Source: an uncultured Syntrophomonas sp. (GTDB lineage: Bacteria > Bacillota > Syntrophomonadia > Syntrophomonadales > Syntrophomonadaceae). From it: 54,831 nt of DNA. Positions 7,787-16,708 of this stretch are shown piece after piece. The stretch spans positions 1 to 54,831 of the forward strand of contig CAZTZX010000004.1 in the NCBI GenBank assembly GCA_964618175.1, given 5' to 3'. Position 1 is the first letter of the stretch, and each line of letters begins with the position of its first letter. The translations under genes and the position numbers were made by a program. A model generated the notes under the pieces. That model saw only the letters and a program-made list of their open reading frames with translations, made no database searches and was not told the DNA's origin.

Positions 7787-9127
7787 CTACCTTCCTTTAG
7801 AATTGTGTTCAGCTGCAAAAACAAAATAATCTATTAAGAGTTCCATATGTCTATGGCGGATATCAGTTTCATCAAATCTAGCCGGCTTGGAGTTAATTTC
7901 TAATATCCATAATTTACCTGATGAGTCCACCCCGATGTCCAAGGATAAAACACCCAACGTAATCTTTAATCCTTTCTCTAGAACACCGGGCACACTACGG
8001 CAAATGTTATGCAATTCTTGCTCAATAGAATTCTGCAATTTTTGAGTAGGAAACACCTCCTTAATCACAGTATGGAAATTGGCTCGTGAACCACCATTTG
8101 GTACGTGGGTTACGAATCGGTTACGAGCAGCAACGCGCACCCCTACTCCAGTTAATACCCATTCTCCCTGTCGGTTTTTTTGGGCCTGGGCACGTAAATC
8201 AAACACTCTCCCATCCAAGCGAGCGAGCTCTATCCCCTGTTGAAGAATATATCGCCGTGGATGATCGACGCTTTGCCTCAATCTCATGTGGAGTCGGTGA
8301 TAATTGGGTACGTAAATCCAGTTCTTGCCCTTCCATTCTGTGCGACCATAACGAAATCCACGCCCATAGACACGCTCAACTTTTAAGATCCCCTGGCCTT
8401 TGCTGCTGTGGCAGGGCTTTAGAAATAGTTCCTTATGTCGATGCAGCAGTGATTGGAGACTGGTTCCACTGAAAGGTGTAGTCTCAGGAAGCCAAAATCG
8501 CGCCTGGGGGTCTTGTTCTAATACCCTGAAGACTTCCCATTTATTAAGAAAGCGCCGATTGAATAGATAAACTCCCGGATATTTATCGAAACCTGCCAAT
8601 ACTTTTTGAACCGCCCTTTGATTTTCTGTACTTCGATATAGAATGCGGTTGTATACCACATCAGGTATAGGAAAACTACCGCTGATCCATTTGCCATTAG
8701 GAGTAAAGGTTTGTCCGCGAATAAGGCCTCGTCCCCAAGAAATGTCCTGAGGAAAGAAGTAATAGATGAATATGCCTTCTTTCCAGCCCTGGAGTATGAG
8801 CTGTTTGTACAATCGGCCGACTTTTGAATTTATGGTAGTCTCACCGGGTTTACCTGCAGTCAGTACTCCCACTATCGGACCGATCCTTATGCTTTTTTCA
8901 TCTTGCCTTAAGATACGATGTGAATAGGCGGGAATATTGAGAGCTCGCCCTACTGCCGGTGGTATCTTAAGTAGGCGGGCAGAATCAGACGAAGCTTGGG
9001 GATCAATTTGGGCTTGAATGGTAAGGGAACGATTGCCAGCCTGAAGCAGAATAGCGTCCGGAAGTTTTGAAGCAATGATAGAAGGGATTAAAACTGATGG
9101 TTTTTTACTGTGTGCACTTCGCATCAT
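7787..9127 (-). CDS. YheC/YheD-family ATP-grasp protein (endospore-coat-associated family)
   Basis: Motifs IRIGPIVGVL, PIPDVVYNR, FLNKWEV, FLKPCHSSKGQGI, ILQQGIEL...FDLR and LWILEINSKPA. SD GAAGGAG lies before the ATG. Confidence 0.8.
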   Translation of the reverse strand: MMRSAHSKKPSVLIPSIIASKLPDAILLQAGNRSLTIQAQIDPQASSDSARLLKIPPAVGRALNIPAYSHRILRQDEKSIRIGPIVGVLTAGKPGETTINSKVGRLYKQLILQGWKEGIFIYYFFPQDISWGRGLIRGQTFTPNGKWISGSFPIPDVVYNRILYRSTENQRAVQKVLAGFDKYPGVYLFNRRFLNKWEVFRVLEQDPQARFWLPETTPFSGTSLQSLLHRHKELFLKPCHSSKGQGILKVERVYGRGFRYGRTEWKGKNWIYVPNYHRLHMRLRQSVDHPRRYILQQGIELARLDGRVFDLRAQAQKNRQGEWVLTGVGVRVAARNRFVTHVPNGGSRANFHTVIKEVFPTQKLQNSIEQELHNICRSVPGVLEKGLKITLGVLSLDIGVDSSGKLWILEINSKPARFDETDIRHRHMELLIDYFVFAAEHNSKGR

Positions 9128-9239
9128 GAGACTCCTTCACTGTTTTATAATGCATAATATGTCTCATGGATGAAGTAAGTGCAAAGCACCCTCTTATGTC
9201 GATAATAATAATTGTCTAAAAAGTGGGTCTAAAATAGAT

Positions 9240-10682
9240 TCACTCTCGCCAGTAAGCAGGGACAAGGAGCAGTATAAAAGTATATAGCTCTAGGCGGCCT
9301 AGCAGCATTAACAAACACAAAAAGTATTTGCCGATGTCGGATATAAAGCCATAGTTTACCATGGGACCTACTGCAGCAAATCCTGGACCTACATTCCCTA
9401 AGCAAGCAATCGATGCGCTTAACCCACTGAGCAAGTCAAGTCCAAGCGCATTCATAACCAAAGCCCCCAACAAGGCTATTAAGAGGTAAAGAAAAATGAA
9501 CTGCAGAACACTAATAACCAATGATTCGTCCAAATGTTTGTCACCAAATTTTTGAGATATCATGGCCCGGGGATGTAGCATGTGTTTCAACTCGATTTTG
9601 ACCCTCTGCAAAGCAATCAAATGACGAATTACCTTAATTCCACCTGCAGTGGAACCGGCACTTCCCCCTGTCAGCATTAACAACAACAGTACCCCTTTAC
9701 CAATAGGGGCCCATTGATCATAATCCATGGTTACATAACCGGTAGTCGTCATTACAGATATCACTTGAAAAGCAGCCGCCCGCAAGTTTTCAACCATCCC
9801 ATTTACTGCATTGATGCCGAACATCGCTAGGGCAACTGCTACTATAACTATGCAAGTATATAGTCGAAATTCCCCATCCAGCAGATACTGCTTAAAAGAC
9901 TTTTTGGAGTATATTTGATAATGGAGAGCAAAATTAGCCCCGCATAAAAACATGAATATCGTAATAACCCACTGTATGGCTGCACTATCCCAATAACCTA
10001 TGCTCTGATTCTTCGTGGAGAACCCCCCGGTAGCAACCGTACCAAAGGCATGACATATTGCATCAAAGAGATCCATCCCAAAAACCAGCAATAAAACGAG
10101 CAAAATTACGGTAAGAACAACATAGGTTAACCAAAGGAAGCGGGCCGTTTCCTTAATTCTTGGACTAAGCTTGTCAGAAACTGGTCCAGTCACTTCCGCT
10201 TTGAACATCTGATTGGCCTGAACCCCAATGCCACCAATTAAAGATACGAACAATACTATGATGCCCATTCCACCCAACCAGTGGGTCAGGCTCCTCCAGT
10301 ACAATAAACTGTGTGGCAGAGCCTCAACATCAGACAAAATGCTGGCTCCGGTAGTTGTGAACCCAGATACGGTTTCAAATAGTGCATTGGCAAAGGAAGG
10401 AATATAGCCGGTTAAAATGAATGGCAAGGTACCTAACACAGAAGCAGCTAACCAACCCAGAGTCACTACTGCAAATCCTTCTCGGTAATTCAGGGTATTA
10501 TTACGCTTATTAAATCTGCTTAGAATGATTCCCAGGCCGATGGTAAATAAAGCAGCCATTAATAATTGAGCGATTATTTGCTCCCCAAAAGCTAAAGCAC
10601 AGATCACATTTGATAACATGGCAATGCCAATAATGACAATGATCTTGCCGGTGTAATTGAGAACAACCACAGGTCGAACCAA
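9240..10682 (-). CDS. trkH: TrkH-family potassium uptake membrane subunit
   Basis: Multi-pass membrane protein with selectivity-filter-like repeats (SGFTTTGASIL, MTTTGY, GGSAGSTAGGIKV). The TTG start directly follows the trkA stop. Confidence 0.9.
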   Translation of the reverse strand: MVRPVVVLNYTGKIIVIIGIAMLSNVICALAFGEQIIAQLLMAALFTIGLGIILSRFNKRNNTLNYREGFAVVTLGWLAASVLGTLPFILTGYIPSFANALFETVSGFTTTGASILSDVEALPHSLLYWRSLTHWLGGMGIIVLFVSLIGGIGVQANQMFKAEVTGPVSDKLSPRIKETARFLWLTYVVLTVILLVLLLVFGMDLFDAICHAFGTVATGGFSTKNQSIGYWDSAAIQWVITIFMFLCGANFALHYQIYSKKSFKQYLLDGEFRLYTCIVIVAVALAMFGINAVNGMVENLRAAAFQVISVMTTTGYVTMDYDQWAPIGKGVLLLLMLTGGSAGSTAGGIKVIRHLIALQRVKIELKHMLHPRAMISQKFGDKHLDESLVISVLQFIFLYLLIALLGALVMNALGLDLLSGLSASIACLGNVGPGFAAVGPMVNYGFISDIGKYFLCLLMLLGRLELYTFILLLVPAYWRE

Positions 10683-12035
10683 TTAGTGCTTCCCTCCATT
10701 AACAAACAGTCTTTCTACTTGATGAACACTGTTGAGAAGAGTAAATATCATAAGCCTATCCCCGGCTCTGATCACACTTCCTCCACTTGGAATAATGACC
10801 ATGTCACCACGCACAATAGCCCCCAAAACTGAGCCTTTGGGAAATTTGATTCTTTTCAGTTCTTTATCGACGGCAGTGGAGCCAGGCTGAGCTATCAGTT
10901 CTATCATCTCCGCCCTATCCTCCCCAAAAACTGTTACTGATATGATATCCCCATACCTAATATATTTTAAGATAGCACCGGCGGTAAGCATGCGTGGACT
11001 AAACACTACATCAATACCGACTTGCTGCATTAATGGCATAATATCAGATCGCTTTACTTTGGCAATAGTCTTGGGCACACCCAAGTTGCTGGCAATCAAC
11101 GAAGAAAGAAGGTTGAGTTTGTCATCATTGCTGACCGCAATATACATGTCAGCCTGACCAACATTTTCACTTTCCAGTAGATCCAAGTCACTTCCATCTC
11201 CATTGATCACCAGGGCGTTTTTCACTAAATTAGATGCTTCCCGCGCTCTTTTGGCGTCCTTTTCGATAATTTTAATATTGATAGGTAAGCGCTTTTTCTC
11301 AAGGATTTGAGCCACATAGCACCCGGTACGTCCTCCCCCTAGAATGATGATATTTTCAGCGCGACGTCGCTTGATGCCTAGTGACTTCAAAACCTCCGGC
11401 ATATCATGAGTATTGGCAACCAAAAAGATCCGATCTCCAGCATATAAGGTGTCTTTGCCCCCCGGAACAATAGTCCGGTGCTTTCTGGTCATGGCAACAA
11501 TTACATACTTGGTACTATCCAAAGTGTTGATTCTCACACCGGCAATAGGTGATAGTTCCTCTACTAGTAACTCTAAAAGCTGGACACGACCCTGCGAGTA
11601 ATATTCAACATTCAGTGCTTCCGGATTCATCACGATTTTGGCGATTTCCATGGCCGTAACCCGCTCCGGATTAATGATCAGATCTATACCCAGCAAAGAC
11701 TCTGGAGAAAAGTGAGGAGTTTCGACATATTCGGTGTTACGAACCCTGGCAACGGTTGTTTCAACACCATACTGTTTGGCCAATAGACAGGCGATCATAT
11801 TTAATTCGTCTAATTCAGTAACTGCCACTACCATGTTGGCATGGCGAACACCAGCAGACTCCAGTACCCTCCAGGAGGCGCCACTGCCGTTAATGACCTG
11901 AACATCCAGAGCTTGATCGATCAATTGGGCTCTTTCTTCCTCCAGCTCGATTACTACCACATCATGATTCTCACTGGAAAGTAATTCAGCAATACTAAAA
12001 CCAACTTTACCTGCACCAATAATAATGGCCTTCAT
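10683..12035 (-). CDS. trkA: Trk system potassium uptake protein TrkA (double RCK/NAD-binding)
   Basis: Two Rossmann motifs, MKAIIIGAGKVG and IIILGGGRTGCYVA. The ATG at 12035 follows GGGGGA. The GTG at 12047 is an alternative start that overlaps the ychF stop. Confidence 0.9.
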   Translation of the reverse strand: MKAIIIGAGKVGFSIAELLSSENHDVVVIELEEERAQLIDQALDVQVINGSGASWRVLESAGVRHANMVVAVTELDELNMIACLLAKQYGVETTVARVRNTEYVETPHFSPESLLGIDLIINPERVTAMEIAKIVMNPEALNVEYYSQGRVQLLELLVEELSPIAGVRINTLDSTKYVIVAMTRKHRTIVPGGKDTLYAGDRIFLVANTHDMPEVLKSLGIKRRRAENIIILGGGRTGCYVAQILEKKRLPINIKIIEKDAKRAREASNLVKNALVINGDGSDLDLLESENVGQADMYIAVSNDDKLNLLSSLIASNLGVPKTIAKVKRSDIMPLMQQVGIDVVFSPRMLTAGAILKYIRYGDIISVTVFGEDRAEMIELIAQPGSTAVDKELKRIKFPKGSVLGAIVRGDMVIIPSGGSVIRAGDRLMIFTLLNSVHQVERLFVNGGKH

Positions 12036-12046
12036 AGCATCCCCCA

Positions 12047-13111
12047 CTAAACGTTGAAGCGAAAATGAACAATGTCCCCGTCTTTCACCATATATTCTTT
12101 ACCTTCCAGCCGAAATAGTCCATGCTCCTTTACAACTGCCATAGAGCCATGTTCTTTAAAAGCCTGATACTCCACCACTTCAGCTCTTATAAAACCACGT
12201 TCAATGTCAGAATGGATTTTACCGGCGGCTTTGCGAGCTGGAGTGCCTTTCTCGATAGTCCAAGCTTTAACTTCATCCTCACCTACCGTAAAAAAGGATA
12301 TCAGGCCCAGACGTTCGTACATACTACGAGAAACCTTGACCAGGCCAGGTTCGTCAATGCCAGCTTCCTGGATAAATAGGTCGCGTTCATCTTCTTCCAG
12401 TTCGGCTATATCACGTTCTATGCTGGCTGACAATTCCACTACCGGTATGCCGTATTGCTGGGAATACTCTTCCACTTGCACACGGTCTGGATACTGACCT
12501 GACAGTAGGTCTTTTTCCGAAAGATTGAGACAGATCAGCATCGGCTTATTGGTCAGAAACTGATAGGTTTTCATAATGTCTTGTTCCTCATCATCAAGCT
12601 CTATGTTGGAGAGAGGTTGCTGATTTTCTATAGCTTCACGTAAACGCGCCAATAAATGAATTTCTTTCTCAGCCTGAGCCTTACGTTTGCCGGCATTTAT
12701 GCGTTCCACTCTCTTATCAATTAAATCTAAGTCGGCTAGTAATAGTTCGTAATTAACCAGTTCAATGTCTCCTAGGGGATCAACTTTATCGCCCACCATA
12801 GGTACCTGGGCATCGGCAAATACCCTAACCACATGCAGTAAGGCATCCGCCTGCCTGACAGCATCCAAGAAAACAGAAGCGCCTTTATCATTACTAGGGG
12901 CCAGGCCAGGAATATCTACTACTTCCAGTTGGGCGTAAGTGGTCTTTTTCGGTCTATACGATTCAGATAAGTAATCAATGCGATAGTCGGGGATCCTTGA
13001 CATCGCTGAGTTAGCTTTGTTGGGTACCCCTCCTTTATGGCGTCCTTCAGTTAACAATTCAAAAATAGTAGTTTTCCCTACCATAGGTAAGCCGATAATT
13101 CCTAGCTGCAT
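12047..13111 (-). CDS. ychF: Ribosome-binding/redox-regulated ATPase YchF
   Basis: P-loop GIIGLPMVGKTTIF, then VDIPGL, and a C-terminal TGS-like region (IHSDIERGFIRAEVV). Confidence 0.9.
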   Translation of the reverse strand: MQLGIIGLPMVGKTTIFELLTEGRHKGGVPNKANSAMSRIPDYRIDYLSESYRPKKTTYAQLEVVDIPGLAPSNDKGASVFLDAVRQADALLHVVRVFADAQVPMVGDKVDPLGDIELVNYELLLADLDLIDKRVERINAGKRKAQAEKEIHLLARLREAIENQQPLSNIELDDEEQDIMKTYQFLTNKPMLICLNLSEKDLLSGQYPDRVQVEEYSQQYGIPVVELSASIERDIAELEEDERDLFIQEAGIDEPGLVKVSRSMYERLGLISFFTVGEDEVKAWTIEKGTPARKAAGKIHSDIERGFIRAEVVEYQAFKEHGSMAVVKEHGLFRLEGKEYMVKDGDIVHFRFNV

Positions 13112-13196
13112 AGACTACCACCCTCCTAAAACATCAAATCATATTATATCCCTGTAGTGTATAGAATGCCAGCAGTTTTCAATCTGCAATAATTAA

Positions 13197-13220
13197 GGCC
13201 TCTTCGATCCTGAAAAGGCC
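13197..13220 (-). terminator. Weak hairpin between the membrane-protein gene and ychF
   Basis: GGCCTCTTC / GAAAAGGCC pair at 8 of 9 positions with a 6-nt loop. On the minus strand the stem is followed by an A/T-rich tract. Confidence 0.3.
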
Positions 13221-13291
13221 ATATTGGGTCTTTTTAATTTTAAGCATACAAGTGCTGGCAGTGGTTTGCTAATGGTATGGGCGAAATAATG

Positions 13292-14134
13292 CTATAAAGT
13301 GATTTCTGACAAAGCTAGTATCAGAAATAGGCCGGTCACTGCAAGGCCAATGACTAATAGTGTATATCCTCCCATTTCGCTAAACTGATATAGCCTCCCC
13401 GCATTACCAATATTAAAGAAGAACAGGGCTACGGCCAGTACTAATAATAGTATTATAAAAGGAGGCGCCCCCGATCCAGGGAAACAAATGGCTAAATAAA
13501 TAGCGAAGGCCAACAATAAAAGTATATTCAGGATATATAGCAAGCGGTAAAAACCATCATCCTGCATGCTTCTGCCCTTGATTTCCGCGGGCATTTTATC
13601 CATATCTATTACGGTGATTTCCTTTTCCGTTTCCTCGGCAATCCTATCTATCAAGGCGTCATCAGAAGGAGTAATCCCAAAAAAGCCCCGATTTGTCTTT
13701 AGGTATACAAAACCCTGATGTGTCTGAGTAGCGTACATTTTTGTAGCGCCCAGGCCTTTGGCAGAATAAAGTCCCACCATATATCCGGGCCAACTTGCTC
13801 CCAAAATAGAGTATAGATTACTTTTTCCTGAAACCTTAATAACCTCGTTAATTTCATTTAATGGGATTCTTATTTTAAGCAAACCCCAGCATATCAACAG
13901 AGTGTCATCTTGGATCCGATAGTGGAGAGAAAATGAACCCACTAACAAGACTATAAATATCCCTGCGAATAAATAGGCCGGCAAAACCAATGCTACCTTC
14001 AGAGCCTCATCTCCTGGTCCAAGTGAAAAGTCGATACCCCAAAATACTAGAGTAAATACAATGGTACCAAAAAGCAAACCCAGCCAAAAAGCTTTGGTAG
14101 GCTTAGCTTTAACTCTCAATACTTCTGAATTCAA
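13292..14134 (-). CDS. Membrane protein with a central bacterial-PH-like domain (function unknown)
   Basis: Two N-terminal and about three C-terminal hydrophobic helices. The central soluble segment (YRIQDDTLLICWGLLKIRIPLNEINEV...FFGITPSD) resembles bacterial PH domains. The gene is co-directional with hbd and 4 nt downstream of it. Confidence 0.45.
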   Translation of the reverse strand: MNSEVLRVKAKPTKAFWLGLLFGTIVFTLVFWGIDFSLGPGDEALKVALVLPAYLFAGIFIVLLVGSFSLHYRIQDDTLLICWGLLKIRIPLNEINEVIKVSGKSNLYSILGASWPGYMVGLYSAKGLGATKMYATQTHQGFVYLKTNRGFFGITPSDDALIDRIAEETEKEITVIDMDKMPAEIKGRSMQDDGFYRLLYILNILLLLAFAIYLAICFPGSGAPPFIILLLVLAVALFFFNIGNAGRLYQFSEMGGYTLLVIGLAVTGLFLILALSEITL

Positions 14135-14138
14135 CTAT

Positions 14139-15008
14139 TTACACCCCCTTGTTTTTCTCGTTAGAGTATTTATAGAATCCGCGCCCACTCTTTCTACCCA
14201 GATATCCGGCCCTTATCATGGTCGAGAATAAGTGATGGGGACGATATTTGGGATCGCGAAATTCATTATAAAAAACCAGAATGACTGCATAGACAATATC
14301 AAGTCCTATCATGTCAGCCAGCTCCAGGGGACCCATGGGCATCCCAGCGCCTAGTTTCATAGCCATATCTATTTCTTCTGCACTGGCCAGACCCTCCCCT
14401 TTAATAAATATCGCTTCATTTATATAAGGAATCAGAATACGGTTAACTATATATCCAGGACTGTCTCGATGTACAACTACTTCTTGCTTGCCTATTTGCC
14501 TGGTAAACTGGCGGGCGCTCTCAATAGTATTCTGACTGGTTTCCATCCCTTGAATCAATTCTACTAACTTCATTATCGGTACCGGATTAAAAAAATGCAT
14601 GCCCAGTACTTTGTCCTCTCGTCTGGTAGCTGAGGCGATCTCGGTTATTGATAGTGATGAGGTATTGGTGGCCAATAAGGTGTGAGGTTGACACAAATGA
14701 TCCAGCTCAGCAAATATCTGCTTTTTTACAGCCATGTTTTCTACTACCGCCTCAATAACCAAATCGGCATCATGTACTTCAGCCAAGTCCGTACAAGTTT
14801 GAATACGGCTGAGAATATCATCACGCTGCTGGATGTTTATGTGCTTCTTGTTGATAGCCTTAGCCAAATTTTTTTCTACCGTAAGCAATCCATCATGCAC
14901 AATGCTCTTTTGAAGGTCACGCAGGAGTACCTGGTAGCCACCCTGAGCTGCTACCTGAGCAATACCGGCGCCCATGATGCCGGCTCCCAGAACGGCAATT
15001 TTTTTCAT
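14139..15008 (-). CDS. hbd: 3-hydroxybutyryl-CoA dehydrogenase
   Basis: IAVLGAGIMGAGIAQV Rossmann motif, TNTSSLSIT, HFFNPVPIMKLVE, and typical length (289 aa). Confidence 0.9.
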   Translation of the reverse strand: MKKIAVLGAGIMGAGIAQVAAQGGYQVLLRDLQKSIVHDGLLTVEKNLAKAINKKHINIQQRDDILSRIQTCTDLAEVHDADLVIEAVVENMAVKKQIFAELDHLCQPHTLLATNTSSLSITEIASATRREDKVLGMHFFNPVPIMKLVELIQGMETSQNTIESARQFTRQIGKQEVVVHRDSPGYIVNRILIPYINEAIFIKGEGLASAEEIDMAMKLGAGMPMGPLELADMIGLDIVYAVILVFYNEFRDPKYRPHHLFSTMIRAGYLGRKSGRGFYKYSNEKNKGV

Positions 15009-15025
15009 TACCTTTCCTCTCCCGT

Positions 15026-16708
15026 CTATCCTATATTATGTTTATGCATTTTTTTATAAAGTAACGACCGATGAATATTAAGAAGTTGAGCAGCCTTTTT
15101 TCGGTTTCCTTCCGAGCGGTTTAATGCCTCTAATATAGCATTCTTCTCCGCTAGCAGCATAGTTTCTTCTAGAGTTGTTGCCGCCGTTTCTGGCATCGTG
15201 TTGTTATCTACTGAACTTAAACTAAATCCTGTGCTCATTCCTAATAGGGATAGATTCTCTGGCTGAATAGTATCTGTGTTGCCAATAATTACATTTATAG
15301 CTCGTTCCAGAACGTTTTCTAGTTCACGGACATTGCCCGGAAAATCATATTCCCTCAGCCGTCGTCGTGCCTCATCACTAATTCCCACCAAAGGCACATG
15401 CAAACGGTCGGTAATCTTCTCCAGTAAATAATCGGTCAGGTAGTCAATGTCTTCGCGGCGTTCTCGTAAGGGAGGAGCCGTTAAGTCGATAACATTAAGA
15501 CGATAGTATAAGTCGCTTCTAAATTTTCCTTGCTTGATCAACTCGATCAAATCACGATTAGTTGCGGCAATCACCCTTACATCAACATTAATAGTATTGG
15601 TACCACCTAATCGTTCGATCTCAAACTCTTGTAGAACTCGCAAAAGTTTCGATTGTAACCCGAGGTGAAGATCTCCAATTTCATCTAATAATATGCTTCC
15701 CCCATTAGCTAGTTCGAACTTCCCTGGCTTTCCGCCCCGGATAGCGCCAGTAAAAGCTCCTTCACAGTATCCAAACAGTTCTGACTCCATCAGGCTTTCC
15801 GGAATAGCCGCACAGTTCACTTTAATAAAAGGCTGGTTACTGCGCGAACTGGCATTATGGATGGCATTAGCCAGTAGTTCTTTACCAGTTCCGCTTTCCC
15901 CTCTGATCAGTACAGTAGAAGTCGTTTTAGCTGCCTGAGAAGCCAGATTGCGCACCCTTTTCATCTGTGGTGACATTCCCACTATTTCATTAAAGGTATA
16001 CTTACTGCGCACCGTTTCCAGTTCGCTGCGATAGTATTCTATTCGGTTCAGAGCAATGTTTAACTGATGAGAAAGATGTTTTGCTTTTTGGGCATCCATA
16101 ACCATCTCTTTCGCCAGATTTTCCATGAGGGGAATAGTCTCCATCACATGCTTATTCAGCAATGTTGAAGCTTGGGGTCCCAGCACCTCTATCGCACTCG
16201 GGCTCACCGATCGAATATACCCTTTGCAATCAATGCCAATCAGGGCATTGCCCAGGTTATCAAAGCGATTGGGACCCATTACCCTATACAGTTCCTGAGC
16301 CCCTACCCCCAATAAGTCAGAAGATAATACCAATCCGATCAGAAGACCGGATTCATCGCGGACTGGGTAATGATGAAAACCAGTGTCCACAAACATTTTC
16401 ATAGCTTCGCTTATATCCCTATCAGGTTCCAGGGTAACTACTAGCCGCTGCATGAGATCTAGAAGTAAGGTGTTCTCATCTCTATTCTCGATCAAGGCTC
16501 TTATCAAGTGAGGCCGGGTAAATACACCACGAATATAACCTTGATCATCCACTACCGGAGCACCATATAATTTATGATCGTTCATGCTCTCACAGGCTGA
16601 TGCCAGAGTATTATTGATATTAAATGCATAAAACTCAGTGCGCATAATGTCTTTAACCAGCACAGTATCAGACCTCACTTCACCTAATAGAGGGGCGTTA
16701 ACCACCAA
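15026..16708 (-). CDS. Sigma-54-dependent transcriptional activator (CBS pair, PAS-like region, AAA+ domain, Fis-type HTH)
   Basis: VLIRGESGTGKELLANAIH, GAFTGA, ILLDEIGDL, RVIAATNRDL, FRSDLYYRLNV, NVRELENV, and a C-terminal HTH (KAAQLLNIHRSLLYKKM). The N-terminal CBS pattern is VKDIM...GAPVVDDQG. The start (TTG at 16708 or GTG at 16705) is uncertain. Confidence 0.9.
   Translation of the reverse strand: MVVNAPLLGEVRSDTVLVKDIMRTEFYAFNINNTLASACESMNDHKLYGAPVVDDQGYIRGVFTRPHLIRALIENRDENTLLLDLMQRLVVTLEPDRDISEAMKMFVDTGFHHYPVRDESGLLIGLVLSSDLLGVGAQELYRVMGPNRFDNLGNALIGIDCKGYIRSVSPSAIEVLGPQASTLLNKHVMETIPLMENLAKEMVMDAQKAKHLSHQLNIALNRIEYYRSELETVRSKYTFNEIVGMSPQMKRVRNLASQAAKTTSTVLIRGESGTGKELLANAIHNASSRSNQPFIKVNCAAIPESLMESELFGYCEGAFTGAIRGGKPGKFELANGGSILLDEIGDLHLGLQSKLLRVLQEFEIERLGGTNTINVDVRVIAATNRDLIELIKQGKFRSDLYYRLNVIDLTAPPLRERREDIDYLTDYLLEKITDRLHVPLVGISDEARRRLREYDFPGNVRELENVLERAINVIIGNTDTIQPENLSLLGMSTGFSLSSVDNNTMPETAATTLEETMLLAEKNAILEALNRSEGNRKKAAQLLNIHRSLLYKKMHKHNIG

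Noticed and set aside
7783-7824. Upstream extension of the amidoligase ORF that would overlap the ATP-grasp gene
   Set aside because: The ATG at 7782 is preceded by AAGGAAGG at ideal spacing, whereas the start at 7824 has no SD.
10683-13111. Possible c-di-AMP (ydaO-type) riboswitch ahead of the trk genes
   Set aside because: There is no leader at all. trkA starts within about 10 nt of the ychF stop, and trkH starts directly after the trkA stop. The region upstream of ychF (13112-13196) shows no extended structure.
13256-13270. Sigma-54-like element TGGCAGTGGTTTGCT
   Set aside because: The GG-to-GC spacing is 9 nt rather than 10. It is plus-oriented, and no plus-strand gene lies downstream.
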